Shown piece by piece: positions 1 through 13,216 of a stretch of DNA of 35,129 nt. The stretch spans positions 48,953,211 to 48,988,339 of the forward strand of contig NC_068990.1 in NCBI RefSeq assembly GCF_001194135.2. The letters run 5' to 3'. This DNA comes from Octopus bimaculoides. Lineage: Eukaryota. The stretch's first letter is position 1, and every line of letters starts with the position of its first letter. The notes beneath the pieces are model-generated. The model did not search any database, was not told the DNA's origin, and saw only the letters and a program-made list of their open reading frames with translations. Made by a program: the position numbers and the translations under genes.

Positions 1-120
1 TGAATTTTGACTTACTTTTCCCACCTTGGGAAAATCTTTGTTGAATTTAATGTTGAATTCCATGACAACTTTTTAAAAATTTGCCAAAATGCCAAATTTT
101 CAAATAATTCACAAAATCAA

Positions 121-1233
121 TAAAGAGAATGAATGGGAGAAAGAGAGTCTGCCGAATTTCGACACAACAGAGGGACCAGCTATCCGAATTGACAGTACCA
201 TGGTAGATAAAGCAATTAAGAGCATGAAGACAGGGAAGAGTATGAAGAGGTGTCAAATTGTTGGATCAGGTAATGAAAGTCACGGAGAGGGTCATGGCCC
301 AACTAATTAGGGAGCGAGTCAGTTTAGATGAGATGCAGTTTGGGTTCGTGCCAGGGAAAAGCACAACTGATGCTATATTTCTGGTAAGACAGCAGCAGGA
401 GAAATACCTAGTCAAGGATAAACCTCTGTACCTGGCTTTTGTTGACATGGAGAAAGCCTTTGACAGAGTCCTCCACTTGTTTATCTGGTGGTCAATGAGG
501 AAACTAGGGATAGATGAATGGTTAGTGAGAGCTGTGCAAACCATGTACAGGGACGCTGTCAGTAAGGGGAGGGTTGGCAACAAGTACAGTGAAGAATTCC
601 GGGTAGAGGTAGGGGTTCACCAAGGTTCAGTCCTCAGCACCCTCCTATTTATCATAGTCCTCCAAGGGATAACAGAGGAATTCAAGATAGGATGCCCCTG
701 AGAGCTCCTCTATGCTGACGACCTTGCACTAATTGCTGAGTCACTATCAGAACTAGAGGAGAAGTTTCAGGTGTGGAAGCAGGGACTAGAATCGAAGGGC
801 CTTAGAGTCAACCTAGCTAAAACCAAAGTCCTAATAAGTAGAAAGGTTGAGAAAACACAAACCCCTTCAGGTAGATGGCCCTGCTCAATCTGTAGAAAAG
901 GTGTAGGTAGAAGTTCTATAAGATGTACCCAGTGCAAGCTATGGACACATAAGAGGTGCAGCAATATCAAAGGCAGGTTAACTAGAAGTTAGTTTTCGTA
1001 TGTGGCAGATGTTCAGGTGCAATAAACACTGAAAATGTGCAGAAAACAACTTCTGTCACATTCCACTGGACGTAGTTGATAGCTTCCGATATCTGGGTGA
1101 CCAAGTTAGTAGTGGGGAAGGGTGCATTGAAAGTGTAGCTGCTAGAATAAGAATAGCCTGGGCAAAGTTCAGAGAGCTCTTACCTCTGCTAGCGACAAAG
1201 GGTCTCTCACTCAGAGTAAAAGGCAGACTGTAT
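121..1233 (+). mobile_element. RTE-clade LINE ORF2 fragment (RT domain), decayed
   Basis: QFGFVPGKSTTDAIF, LAFVDMEKAFDRV, GVHQGSVLS, YADD (711-722), NLAKTKVL and FRYLG (1084-1098) are non-LTR RT motifs. Stop at 699-701, frameshifts, and an internal deletion near 240-260. Breaks off at KGRLY. Confidence 0.93.
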
Positions 1234-1250
1234 GTATGAACTGTCACTTT

Positions 1251-3890
1251 GAGAGTATAGTGGGTGCTTTTACTTGCCACCTGCACAGGAGCTAGTCCAG
1301 CAGCACTGGCAACGACCACAGTCTAATGGTGCTTTTGGTATGTGCCACCGTTATGGGAGCCAGTCAGCGGCCCTGGCAACAATCATGCTCGAATGGTGCT
1401 CCTAACGTTCCACTGGTGCCAATCAGGCGGTACTATCATTGGCCACGACAGCAATTTCACTTGCCTTAACAGGCCTTTGCAAGTACAGTGTATTGTCCAA
1501 TGATTGAAGGGTACTCTTAAATGGGCTGGTTATACGGCACTGGCATAGGCCACGGTTAAGGCCTCACTTGGCTTGCTGGGTCTTCTCAAACACAGCATAT
1601 ATTCAAATGTCTTGGTTACATGTCATCGCCTCGGTGAGGCCCAATGTTCGAAGGTTGTGCTTCATCATCTCATCCCAGGTCTACTTCTTCCACAGGTTCC
1701 CGCAATTGTTAGAGTGTGATACCTTTTCACACAGTTGTTCTCATCCATTCGCAACACATGACCGTACCAGCGCAGTCGTCTCTCTTGCACACCACACCTG
1801 ATGCTTGTGAAGTCCAACTTTTCTCTTAGGGCACTTACACTTTGTTGTGTATGCACACTGACATTATACATCCAGTAGAGCATACTGGCTTCATTCCTTG
1901 AAAGCTTACTCAGCAGTCACGGCCCATGTTTCACTGCCATGTAGCATAGCTGTTCGCACGTGTGTTATACAGTCGATCTTTTACTCTGAGTGAGAGGCCC
2001 TTTGTCGCCAGTTTTATCCTTGGCTAGGTATTTCTCCTGCAGCTGTCTTACCAGAAATATAGCATCAGTGGTGCTTTTCCCTGGCACAAACCCAAACTGC
2101 ATCTCATCTAGACTGACTCTCTCCCTAAGTATCTCTGTTACTTTCATTACTCGATACCTATGTAATTATATCTGTATCTAAAGCATCACCTTTACCTTTG
2201 TAGCAGTTGACTATGGTGCTACTACACCAGTCATTGGGTATGACTCCTTCATGTATCACCTGGTTAACTATACGGGTGACTAGGCTATAGCTGACACCAC
2301 CAGATATTTTAAGCATCTCTGCAGTGATTCCTGATGGGCCGGGGACACCAAGGTACTGTCAATTCAGATAGCTGGTCCTTCTGTTGGGTCGACATCCGGC
2401 AAACTCTTTCTCTTCATTTAGCACCCTTTCATAGTGGCGTCTCCAAGTCTCTCTCCTTGCAGCCTCGTTAAATGCAAGTGAGCCATCATCCATGCGGACA
2501 CATTTCTCACCCATGACATCACGATTCTCTCATGCACTGTCTTGCAACACAAAACAGCTCAAGTCTTTGGTCCTCACAATGCAGAACATTGGCAAATTTT
2601 TTTATCTGCTTCCCCTCTGGCTAAATAAACCTGTCTCGTAGCTTCCCTTCTGGCAGTCTGATACAATTCCCTGCTACCACTGTTCTTCCATGTCTGTTTC
2701 TTTTGTCTAATAGCCCTGTCAGCTACATTGGGTTGAGAGGGGACCTTGCACCATCCACAGATCTCATCAGTGGCCCTCAACAGGTTATCCTGTAGAAACC
2801 TCCAGCTGTCTTCCACATTATGTGATGCTATATCCCTCTCTATTTCACCAAAAGCTTCAAGTAATACGTCTCTAAATCTCTGTCCATTCGCAGGATCCTT
2901 AAGCTTCTAGACCCTTGTCCTCCATGCTGGTTGCCTTCTAGGCATCCATTTAGTCCTGCTCCTTAAGATGCTAACTTCTAATCTATGTTGTGGGGTGCAT
3001 TCTTCACCTGGAAAGGTTTTGGCATTTACAAGTAGCAATCCTTCATGTTTCCTGGTGAGGATGTAGTCAATTTGACTAGTGTGTCTACCAGATCAGTTGG
3101 TGAATAGGTTACTGGCAGCTTTCCTGAAGTTAGTGTTACAAACAAAAGGTCATTTGCATCACAGAACTCCAGCAGCCTGGTTCCCTCCTCATCGCAGGAA
3201 CCAAAACCATAGCCTCCATGTACGCCATGGAAGCCCCCTGAATGTTGTCCAACATGTCCATTGAAGTCACCAGCCACAAAAGGAAGGTCCCTGTCATTAG
3301 TCGAGGAGGTAGTCTGCAAGAGGGTGTCATAAAATCGGTCTTTCTGTCCATCAGGTCACCCTGGCTGAGGGGAATAGGCCGAGATAATGGTTGCCAACTC
3401 ATGATGTAGCACTAATCTAATCTTAAGTATTCTATTGCAGACTCTGACTACCTTGATTACCTTATCAAACCATTTCTCTGCAAGAAGTATACCCATGCCC
3501 CAGACCTCGTCAGTGTTCCCTGTCCAGAAAATCTTGTACCTATGTTCTTTGCCTGAGTGGTACCTAGCAGAACCAACTCTCCACCTTACTTCTTGGATGC
3601 AGAACAAATCTATACATCTCCGTTCAAGCATCTCAACAATCTCACCAGACCTACCTTTCAGAGTGCCCACATTGAATGTGCCAACCCTGAGGGTGTGGGA
3701 AGTGTGGGCCAGTGAGACCCTGTGATGGGGGACAGCAGTGTCATGTACCTGAAAAGAAAGCTCGCATTTGGCAGCACTCATGTACGTACAATAGTCTTCA
3801 ACCTGCATATATCACACCATCATTTTTTTTTTATGTGCTATATGATCACTACCTTACATAGGAGATAAACCCTAAGTAGGGAGGGGGGGC
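1251..3890 (-). mobile_element. RTE-clade LINE, near full-span but internally deleted (APE endonuclease, linker, partial RT, 3' UTR)
   Basis: APE motifs VGTFNVGTL, CIQEVRW, IISAYSPQ, VAGDFNGHVG and SQIDYIL at about 3050-3700. RT start at 2010-2345. A large deletion fuses EKYLAKDK to LATKGLSLRVKDRL at about 2012. C-terminus RRLRWYGHVLRM. The 3' UTR has about 65-67-bp internal repeats (1263, 1328, 1395). The 5' boundary is approximate. Confidence 0.92.
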
Positions 3891-4377
3891 ATTAAGCCTT
3901 TAGAAGTGTTCATGGAAGACATTCGATAGAGGTCAGAGGATAGAGACTTCTGATACAGGTAGTGGGGGGTGGAAGTGAGGGTGAATTGTGAAACAGCAGA
4001 GGAACTCAAGTTGCTGGTGTCAGGGAATATTATGATAATAGTGAGATAGAATTGGGCATTTGAAAATCTTAAACTACAGCTATAACCAAGAATTTTCAGT
4101 CAGCCAATGTGTGACAAAATTAGATAGATGAATGAATAAGTGACGATAATAAATGAGCACGAAAGAGAGAGAACTGGATCAAGCGAAAGGGATCTTGAGT
4201 GTGTTTTTTTTTAAACATAGAGCGTGGAAGATGAAACTATGTTTACATAGGTAATGAAACAGATAGAATAATGAAATGAATTAATAAGCTAATTATGATG
4301 ATCTGCACTAAAAGAGAAGGATTAGAGATGTACAAGGTCGAAAGAACAAGATTGCTTATCTGAACACCTTCTGGTTT

Positions 4378-4506
4378 TCTATATATATATATATACACAC
4401 ACACACATATATATAGATGTATATACATTTACACATATAGATGTATATACACACACATATATATACATGTATATACATATATATTTATACACACACACAC
4501 TTATAC

Positions 4507-4537
<31 letters not shown>

Positions 4538-4760
4538 CAAATGTATATAGATCTAGATATATATACATGTACATACACAGATACATGTATATACAGATAT
4601 GTATATATTTATATACATTCAGATAGATATATATATATATATACATATACATTTATACACAGATATATACATATACACATATATACAGATATATATATAT
4701 GTATATGTATACACAAGTATACACATACATATATAAGCATACACAAACATATGTATATAT
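4378..4760. repeat. Compound (AT)n/(AC)n microsatellite tract
   Basis: Direct inspection. Confidence 0.9.
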
Positions 4761-6281
4761 TTTGTGAAAGAAAGAGGAGAAATTGAACTCAGAACACGAG
4801 AATATGTAAACAGCTGAGTGTTTTGTGCCAAGCTATGAAGGAAATTCTCAGCCTCAGAGTTAGTCTTGTAGCTTTTCGAACCACTTAAGTGTGTGTGAGT
4901 GTGTATTTCAATGCTCTTCTGATCAACATAGCTGCCATATAATAAATTTGCAGTTAGAAAAAGCTGAGAGAGAGAGGGCGAAAGAATGAGGGGGAGAGAG
5001 AAAGAGATACAGTGAGATAGAGGCTCCTATAATTTGTTGGCGTTAGCAAGCAAAAAAAAAAAAAAAGATAAATAAATAAAATTGGAATTCTTAAAGTGTA
5101 AACATTTCACATTTTCCAATATGATTCAATTTAACATGCAACAGATGAGTAAGAACACCAGCAGAAGTTTGTTTGATGCTTTACTTTGTACAAATTCTCT
5201 CTAAAATATTGATGCAGTGGATTGCAATTGCATTAAGTTGCAACCTAGTTGACCAAACTAGGCAAAGTCTTGTTCTTTTGTCTTTCTTTTCTTTTTTTTT
5301 GTTGGGTTTCGTTTTTTTTGTCATTTTAAAAATTTATTTATTATAATTTTTTCTTTTTTCTTTCTTTCTTTTCATTTTTTTTATTGTTTTTGCTTTTCTG
5401 TTCTGTGTAAAATTTATACTTTTCATTTATCAGCTAGCATCATTTGGAGAGGACACCTCTGTGTCATAGAGTAGGTATCTTCTGAACTGATGATAAAAAG
5501 TTTGCAAACTATGGCTTCATTAGATGATGGGCTGAAAGGAATTATGCTCACAAGAATCTGTTTCAGTGTGCTGCTGTATAAAGAAAGAACTGACTGAAGC
5601 AACACCAGCAAAACATTTTGTAGTACACACACACACAGAGTATAACATATTGTACACATAATACAGATATTATACAATCTCTGTTTATATAATATTACAC
5701 ACTATAAAATATATATACATATATATATATATATATTATATATATATATAACACAAAGATCTATGCTGCATACTGTATTATACAATATACTGTATATTAT
5801 AGGATATATGTTGATAATATACATTATACAGTATATGACAATGTAAATGGTTTATATGTGTTGTGTATGTGTATGGAATAACACACACATCAGACAGTAG
5901 ATGGAGTATAAATGAATTGATCACCAAAAACATTAGAACAAAAAACAAAAACAAAATAAAATAAAAAAACATTATATAAAGTAGCTTTCATATCATGAAA
6001 GACAAAAGCAAATGGAGTTTTTCTCCACATCCCACATGTAAACAGAGCTAATAATGATTGTTATTTTTTTGTTTTGCTAATAATAAGGCCAACCATCTAA
6101 GGAGGAGCTGAAGTCAACTGATTCAACAGCAGTACATAACTGGTATTTATATATTTTTTTCAACTCAAAGCTACTTCAATAGGATTTGAACAGAAATCAT
6201 TGAAGCATTGATGTTAAAGGAAACAAAAAAGAACCCCACCGTCCAAACAAAAGCAAAGCTTCCAGTCTGAGCCTTCTCTAC

Positions 6282-6500
6282 AATAATATCCTTTCTACTA
6301 CAAGCAGAAGGTCAGAAATTTTGTGGGAGGGGCTAGTCAATTATATTGATCCCAGCGATCAAATGGTACTTCTTTCATTAACCCCAACAGGATGAAAGGC
6401 AAAGGCGACCAGGGTTGAATTTGAACTCAGAACGTTAAGACATGAAATGCAGCTAAGCATTTTGTCCAGTGTGCTAACAATTCTGCTAGCTCACTGCCTT
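6282..6500 (-). mobile_element. SINE family A
   Basis: Reverse complement of family A: ggatgaaaggcaaagg..atttgaactcagaacgt..gctaacaattctgctagctcac; (AAT)n flank. Confidence 0.82.
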
Positions 6501-8504
6501 AATAATAATAATAATGATGATGATGATACACCTGCAACTTGTCTTAGCCATCCCCTAATTAACCAATGCTGGAAAATATAAGAGGATGTATGCTGATACT
6601 GTATCTTGGATCCAATGCAGCTCTATCAATGTGAGTATACACTAAGCAAAACATGAAGCCTTACATTATGAGATGGCAGACAATAAATCTCAAAGTTGTG
6701 CACACATACATATGTGTATGTATATGTGTACACACACACACATGCATAGATTCACACAAATTTATGGAACTGGTTAAAAACAAACAAAAACACACACACA
6801 TACAAACCAATACTCCTTGCTGGACTGAACATATAGAATATGGTCCAGTACAACAAATAGAGAGTGGTGTTAGTTAATTATAGGATATGACAATGGATAC
6901 AACAGCAGCAGCAACAACAAATTTTGTTGTCAATGTCCAATCAGTATTGGCTCAACCAATGAGAAATTGAAATTTGTGATTCATGTTGAATGAACATCAA
7001 ATTTGGCAAAAAAAAAAAAGAAAAGAAAAGGAAAAGTCTATCCAGAAGAAAGCAAAAAGAAAAGGAAAGGAGATGAGTTAGGTAAGATAAATTAGAAAAT
7101 AAAAATAAAATTTCATTATACACAGGCAGGCATGAAAGCCTTGAATTTAAAGCAAATGAGAAACTGAATGTGTCAGTTCCATCTAGGAATGGAAACCTTG
7201 GTTATGGTAACTCTTTTGCTATAAACATATCGCTTTACAGAAGTATCCATCAGAATATTAGTAATGATTTTATGTAGGCACAGAGCCTTTCTTCTTTGTG
7301 GAAGAGGGAGGAAGCAGAGAGTAAATTGATTGGTTGACATTCACACATATTCTCTGTCATGAGAGAATATTTGAACCTATCACAGTAAATCACCATAATG
7401 CACACCTGTTTCTGGTTAGTTTAGCACTCCAATATCAAGTCATTCATGCCCCCCTGTGTTTACCTGCTCTACTGCTAGGTAAATGAGACAGAAAAGTTTT
7501 AGGGCCTAGTCACAAGCACAGACAGCACTAGTGATGGCTTAAAACAAACTGTTTCCCAAGTCCCACCCCTACAATAAATATTTTATTATGGCTAGTACAT
7601 AACTTAAACTCCAAGGCATTAAGCAAAAGACAAACTACCAACTGGATAGGTTGTTGATCTATTGCAGGCAACATTTACATTTGAACTGGTACCTATTCTT
7701 GACAGGTCAACTGAGGCAGTAGAATTAAATTGTACAGCACAAATATACAATGAAATGCCTGCAGTGGAATATTGAATTCAAAAACCTTTGAGCTGGTACT
7801 CCAGTATGTTATCCTCACAGCCACTTTGCTTTCACAATAATGAGATAGGACCTTGCAAGTCTTTCAGATGAAAAAGCAACACTATCATCTCCATTCAGCC
7901 ATTGAAATCCTCTAATAGTAGATTAAATTAATCCTGTTATATTACTTGTTCCTACTGATCCTAGAAGGATGAACACAGAACAGAGAAGTTCCTTAATTCA
8001 TCCATTGTCATAAGCATCCCCTGCTTACCATGTTACAGTAATCATAAAAATTATAACCATGATGATTTCTTAATTAAACAAAGCCTTCAGATGATAAGGG
8101 GGGGATAACTGGGAAAGTATGATGTTCATGTCTCCCCCAAGTAAAACAAAGCAAGCAATTTTGTCCACAAAATTCTTTTAAGAATATACTGCCATACTGT
8201 GGTAGTCACCACAATTATAATAATAATCTTTCAATTTAGGCATTATTCTAAAGGTTTATAGAAGGGAAACAGGAGCTTGTAATGCGTATGTTTTTCTCAA
8301 GGATATTTTGTATTAGCAAAGAAATTCTGACAAGAAATTGAAACAGGGTTTTCTCTGATGAGGAAGTGGGAAGTTGTGATATTCATACATTCTGAAGAAG
8401 ATTAGTGACTGAAGCAAAGTGAAGGAGGCTTTAACTGGGAATAGAAACCAAGCCACAGACAAGGTTTGCTAAGAACTTATACCACCGCCACTACTTGGAC
8501 AACA

Positions 8505-8770
8505 ACAATAACAAAAATGATTTCTTACATTGGCACAAAGCCTGATTTGAAAGGGAAGAGTACAGTAAATTCATTTGACCCCAAATGTATGCCTGGTACC
8601 CATTTTACCAATTCTAGAAAGAGGAAAGGTAAAGTCAGTTTTGAAGGATGGGTTGAATTCAGAACTTCTAGAACTTAGAGACAAAACTATACAAAATAAA
8701 TAATAATAATTAAAAAAAATCTAAATACAGTAAGGCATTTAGTCTGGTGCTCCACATTTATTGCCACTCC
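8505..8770 (-). mobile_element. SINE family A, diverged
   Basis: ggcacaaagcc..ctggtacccattttacc..gaaaggtaaagtc..aaatacagtaaggcatttag; boundaries approximate. Confidence 0.65.
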
Positions 8771-8774
8771 ACAA

Positions 8775-9040
8775 TAATAATAATAATAATAATAATAATG
8801 ATAAAATCAATTAAAAGAAAAAGATTCTTTACATTGGCACAAGGCCGCAGATTTGTAGAAGGGCATAGTCAATAGAATTGATTTTATAGCATATGGCTAG
8901 TATTAATTTTATTGACACTGAAGGTATGAAAGTCTAAGTTGGCAGAATTTTAAGTTCAGTATGTCGAGAGCCAAATCTAAATACAGTGAGGAATTTAATT
9001 TAATCCAATGCTCCACAAGTTCTTTCACTCTACCAGATTT
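8775..9040 (-). mobile_element. SINE family A, diverged, tandem to the previous copy
   Basis: (AAT)n, ggcacaaggcc..ctagtattaattttattgac..aaatacagtgaggaattt; boundaries approximate. Confidence 0.6.
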
Positions 9041-10139
9041 AATAGTAGTGGTAGTAAACAGCAGCTGATTTTTACAAAACAAATCATAGCTACCTGAATT
9101 GCTAGGTTACACACAAAAAAAAGGTAGAGGAACAGTGAGAATATTTAATGTGAAAGAGAGGGGAGGGCAGATGTGGTAGTGTTGAAGAAGAGAACACCAT
9201 AATACAAGGGTAGGTAGAAAGAAAACAGAAAAGACAGAGGTTTACTGTTCCAGCAAATGCATCAAATCAAAATAAAAAAGCAAAATATACAACAAAAAAA
9301 AAACAAACAAACAAAAAATTGATTACTGAAGCAAATTCAACAGAGAGGGAAGGAAAAAAGAATAACAGAATGAAAGGCAGAAAATTAAAAACAAAGAAAC
9401 CAAGAGAGATCAAGAGCAGTTTTGTTTTGTTTCCTCAATAGTCCAGCATATATTTTAGAATGAACCTTACACCCGAATGGTCCCCACCCTCCTACCTACA
9501 CAGATCAAATTAGCAAACTAAGAAAAAAAAAAAAACGTTTTGATATTCTTTTCAAGAAAAAGTTTTCCCTTTTACCTGACATTTTCTTTATTTTTCTTTC
9601 AAACAGTATTTAAGGAGGGGAGAAAAAGAAAGAATATTCACCACTCTACCTCTGCCAGAAACCACCACACAAATGTGTTAATATATTTCAATAGTTTGTT
9701 ACATTATACAAGGATAGGGTGGGGGAATAAGAGGGAGAGACAGAGAAAGTGAAACAATAATAGATTGGACAATGTAGTAGTTAATTGTGTGGTGGTGGTA
9801 GATATAGTGATTACTGGATGGGGTGGGATAACTTTAAACTCAATTATTGACTGCATGGTCCCTAATAAAAAAAAGTTTTCATCTTATTGTTATTAATATT
9901 ATAATAATTATTATTATTATTATTATTATTATCATCATTAGTATTATTGTTAAGGCAAAAAAGTGTAAAAATTACTCTGCAATGATATTTAAAATGGCAT
10001 TCATGAAAATATAAAATGTGTATATAAAAACAGCAGCAGAATTAGCCTAGCACTTGTTACAAAGGTCCAACAGGCAACTGGCTGGATCAAGCATTAGTGT
10101 TGCATAAAGGGGAATAGTGAGAGAGTGAGTGAGTGTGTG

Positions 10140-10158
10140 CATTATGTACATGATAGAC

Positions 10159-10198
<40 letters not shown>

Positions 10199-10282
10199 TG
10201 CACACACACATACATATATTCAAATATATAGCTATGTGCATATACATATACACACACACATGCATATATACACACACACACA

Positions 10283-10353
<71 letters not shown>

Positions 10354-10887
10354 AGAGGAGAGAGAGAGGGAGAAAGATACTAATATTAGAGAAGTATAAT
10401 TTCATATACATACATACATACATATATATATGTATATGTTTTAAATACATTTTTTAGAAAGCCAGAACACTGCAAGTTATCAAAAATAAAGGTTTATGAT
10501 CAGTAGAATTACCTGGTAATAGTACCAACGATTGACCTGTATTATTCATTTTTTATAACTTGCATTGTTTTGGCTTTAGGAAAAAAAACAACATTTACAC
10601 ACATATATACATGCATATATTCACACACATACACACACACATATACATATATACACACACACACACACATATATATACTGAATTTGTGTATGAATTGATT
10701 ATGAATGTTAATTATGTAATTATACAGATGATGTTTTTATTCTATTGAAAGAGTTGTAGAGAATAAATATGAATTTTATGCTCATATGCTTTTTACTATT
10801 CTGTGTGCGTGTGTGTGTAAATACACACACACACAGAGGCATATATACACGTACCTATATAGATATTTATACACACACTCACATATG

Positions 10888-10938
<51 letters not shown>

Positions 10939-11096
10939 GTGTGTGTGTGAGAGAGAGTGAGTGGAGGAAACTGAGACATATATACGCATACATACACCCA
11001 TACATGCATATATACATATTTACACACACCCATACTCAAACAGATAATGAAATATATATGTACACATACATAGCAATTATATATATATATATATAT

Positions 11097-11184
<88 letters not shown>

Positions 11185-11294
11185 TTGTATGCATATATAC
11201 ACACACATACATACTCACATAACCATACATGGATAGATATCTATAAAATCAATATGTATGCAGACATACATATATGCATATGTATGTATGTGTG

Positions 11295-11332
<38 letters not shown>

Positions 11333-11530
11333 TATATCTGTATATAAATATATATATATATGTGTGTGTGTATATAAATATATATATATATGTGTATATA
11401 AATATATATGTGTGTATATAAATATATATATATACTCACATAAAAATAAAAACACACATACACAGACACATACGTTTTTATACATATCCCCATACTAAAT
11501 AAGTATATATGCATATATATATATCTACAT
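10140..11530. repeat. Dense compound (AT)n/(AC)n/(GT)n/(AG)n microsatellite region
   Basis: Direct inspection; source of the YIYI-type spurious ORFs. Confidence 0.9.
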
Positions 11531-11774
11531 AAGCACACACACACAAAAATAAAACCAAGCTGTGGCAGAAAAACCTCCCATGTTCTACATGGCCATTGCT
11601 GTGGCACAAGTGAATTTAGGCTAGTAATAATGGTGCTTTCATGTAGCCACTGCTTTACTGTTTGTTTCTTGTACACTGTGCAGTTGTTGTTAAAGCATTT
11701 ATCAAGAATGATGCATCAAGCTTTTTTGCCACACACTTTATATATACACAAGCACACAATTACAAACATATATG

Positions 11775-11930
11775 TATGAATAGTTGCGAAGTTTGTCTTG
11801 CAACTATGAAGTCCTGGCTTTGATCCCACAGTGTGGAATGTTGGACAAATGTAATCTTGTACAGTCTTAAGCTGATCCATAACTTGCAAGTGATCAGTGT
11901 GGCTGGAGAATGTACAGAAGTTCGCCAGGT
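11775..11930 (+). mobile_element. SINE family B head, highly diverged
   Basis: atagttgcgaagtttg..caactatg..ctttgatcccacagtgtgg..ttggacaaatgt has the same layout as the 28375 copy. Confidence 0.4.
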
Positions 11931-12561
11931 GAAATTCACTTATAATTTTTAAAAAAGGCCATCTTTATCACACATTCCATCATGGTGATTCTACCTCAGA
12001 ATTACGTAAATGACACAGGTCTCTGGACTTCTCAGCCATTGACTGGTTAATTCAGTTAATTAAATAATCAAATTACTGAATCCATCTGTCCATCAATATA
12101 GATACAGTGTACATTTAAACACATAAGAGGTATCCGTCAGAGGATTCCTGGCACACTAGAAGGTACAACCAAAATCCAAACCACTATTAGGGATAAACCT
12201 TGAAGGGAATGAACAATAAAAACATTTACCATCTATCTCCCAAGGTTTTTAAACTTTTTTTTAGCAAATAAAATAATCTGCTGGGCGAAATCTTCAACAG
12301 GTACGCCTAGATTAAACATATAAGTATGAGACAATCCAGCATGTGTCTTGTGCTTATACATTATAATTTTTCAAATGCACCGCGCAAGCACAGTTTTTTT
12401 TCGCTGGCAAATAAAAGTAATACCGGCGTGACTTTGAACATTTTCCAGAAAAAATTATCAATTGACTAATTTTTCTACATGCTAGGCCACTGGTAGTAAA
12501 AATTTCTAAAAATTTTATTACCCAGATATTATTAATTATTGTCCATCAATATATATATATA

Positions 12562-13147
12562 NNNNNNNNNNNNNNNNNNNNNNNNNNNNNNNNNNNNNNN
12601 NNNNNNNNNNNNNNNNNNNNNNNNNNNNNNNNNNNNNNNNNNNNNNNNNNNNNNNNNNNNNNNNNNNNNNNNNNNNNNNNNNNNNNNNNNNNNNNNNNNN
12701 NNNNNNNNNNNNNNNNNNNNNNNNNNNNNNNNNNNNNNNNNNNNNNNNNNNNNNNNNNNNNNNNNNNNNNNNNNNNNNNNNNNNNNNNNNNNNNNNNNNN
12801 NNNNNNNNNNNNNNNNNNNNNNNNNNNNNNNNNNNNNNNNNNNNNNNNNNNNNNNNNNNNNNNNNNNNNNNNNNNNNNNNNNNNNNNNNNNNNNNNNNNN
12901 NNNNNNNNNNNNNNNNNNNNNNNNNNNNNNNNNNNNNNNNNNNNNNNNNNNNNNNNNNNNNNNNNNNNNNNNNNNNNNNNNNNNNNNNNNNNNNNNNNNN
13001 NNNNNNNNNNNNNNNNNNNNNNNNNNNNNNNNNNNNNNNNNNNNNNNNNNNNNNNNNNNNNNNNNNNNNNNNNNNNNNNNNNNNNNNNNNNNNNNNNNNN
13101 NNNNNNNNNNNNNNNNNNNNNNNNNNNNNNNNNNNNNNNNNNNNNNN

Positions 13148-13216
<69 letters not shown>

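Noticed and set aside
3800-3950. HDV-like ribozyme at the RTE 5' end (known for some RTE elements)
   Set aside because: Only small hairpins (ccta/tagg, cct/agg); I could not assemble the P1/P2/P3/L3/J4-2 topology by eye.
5434-5474. Possible plus-strand exon after the long pyrimidine tract (5280-5433, ending cag)
   Set aside because: All three frames hit stops within 41 nt and there is no recognisable protein similarity; cannot be supported without RNA data.
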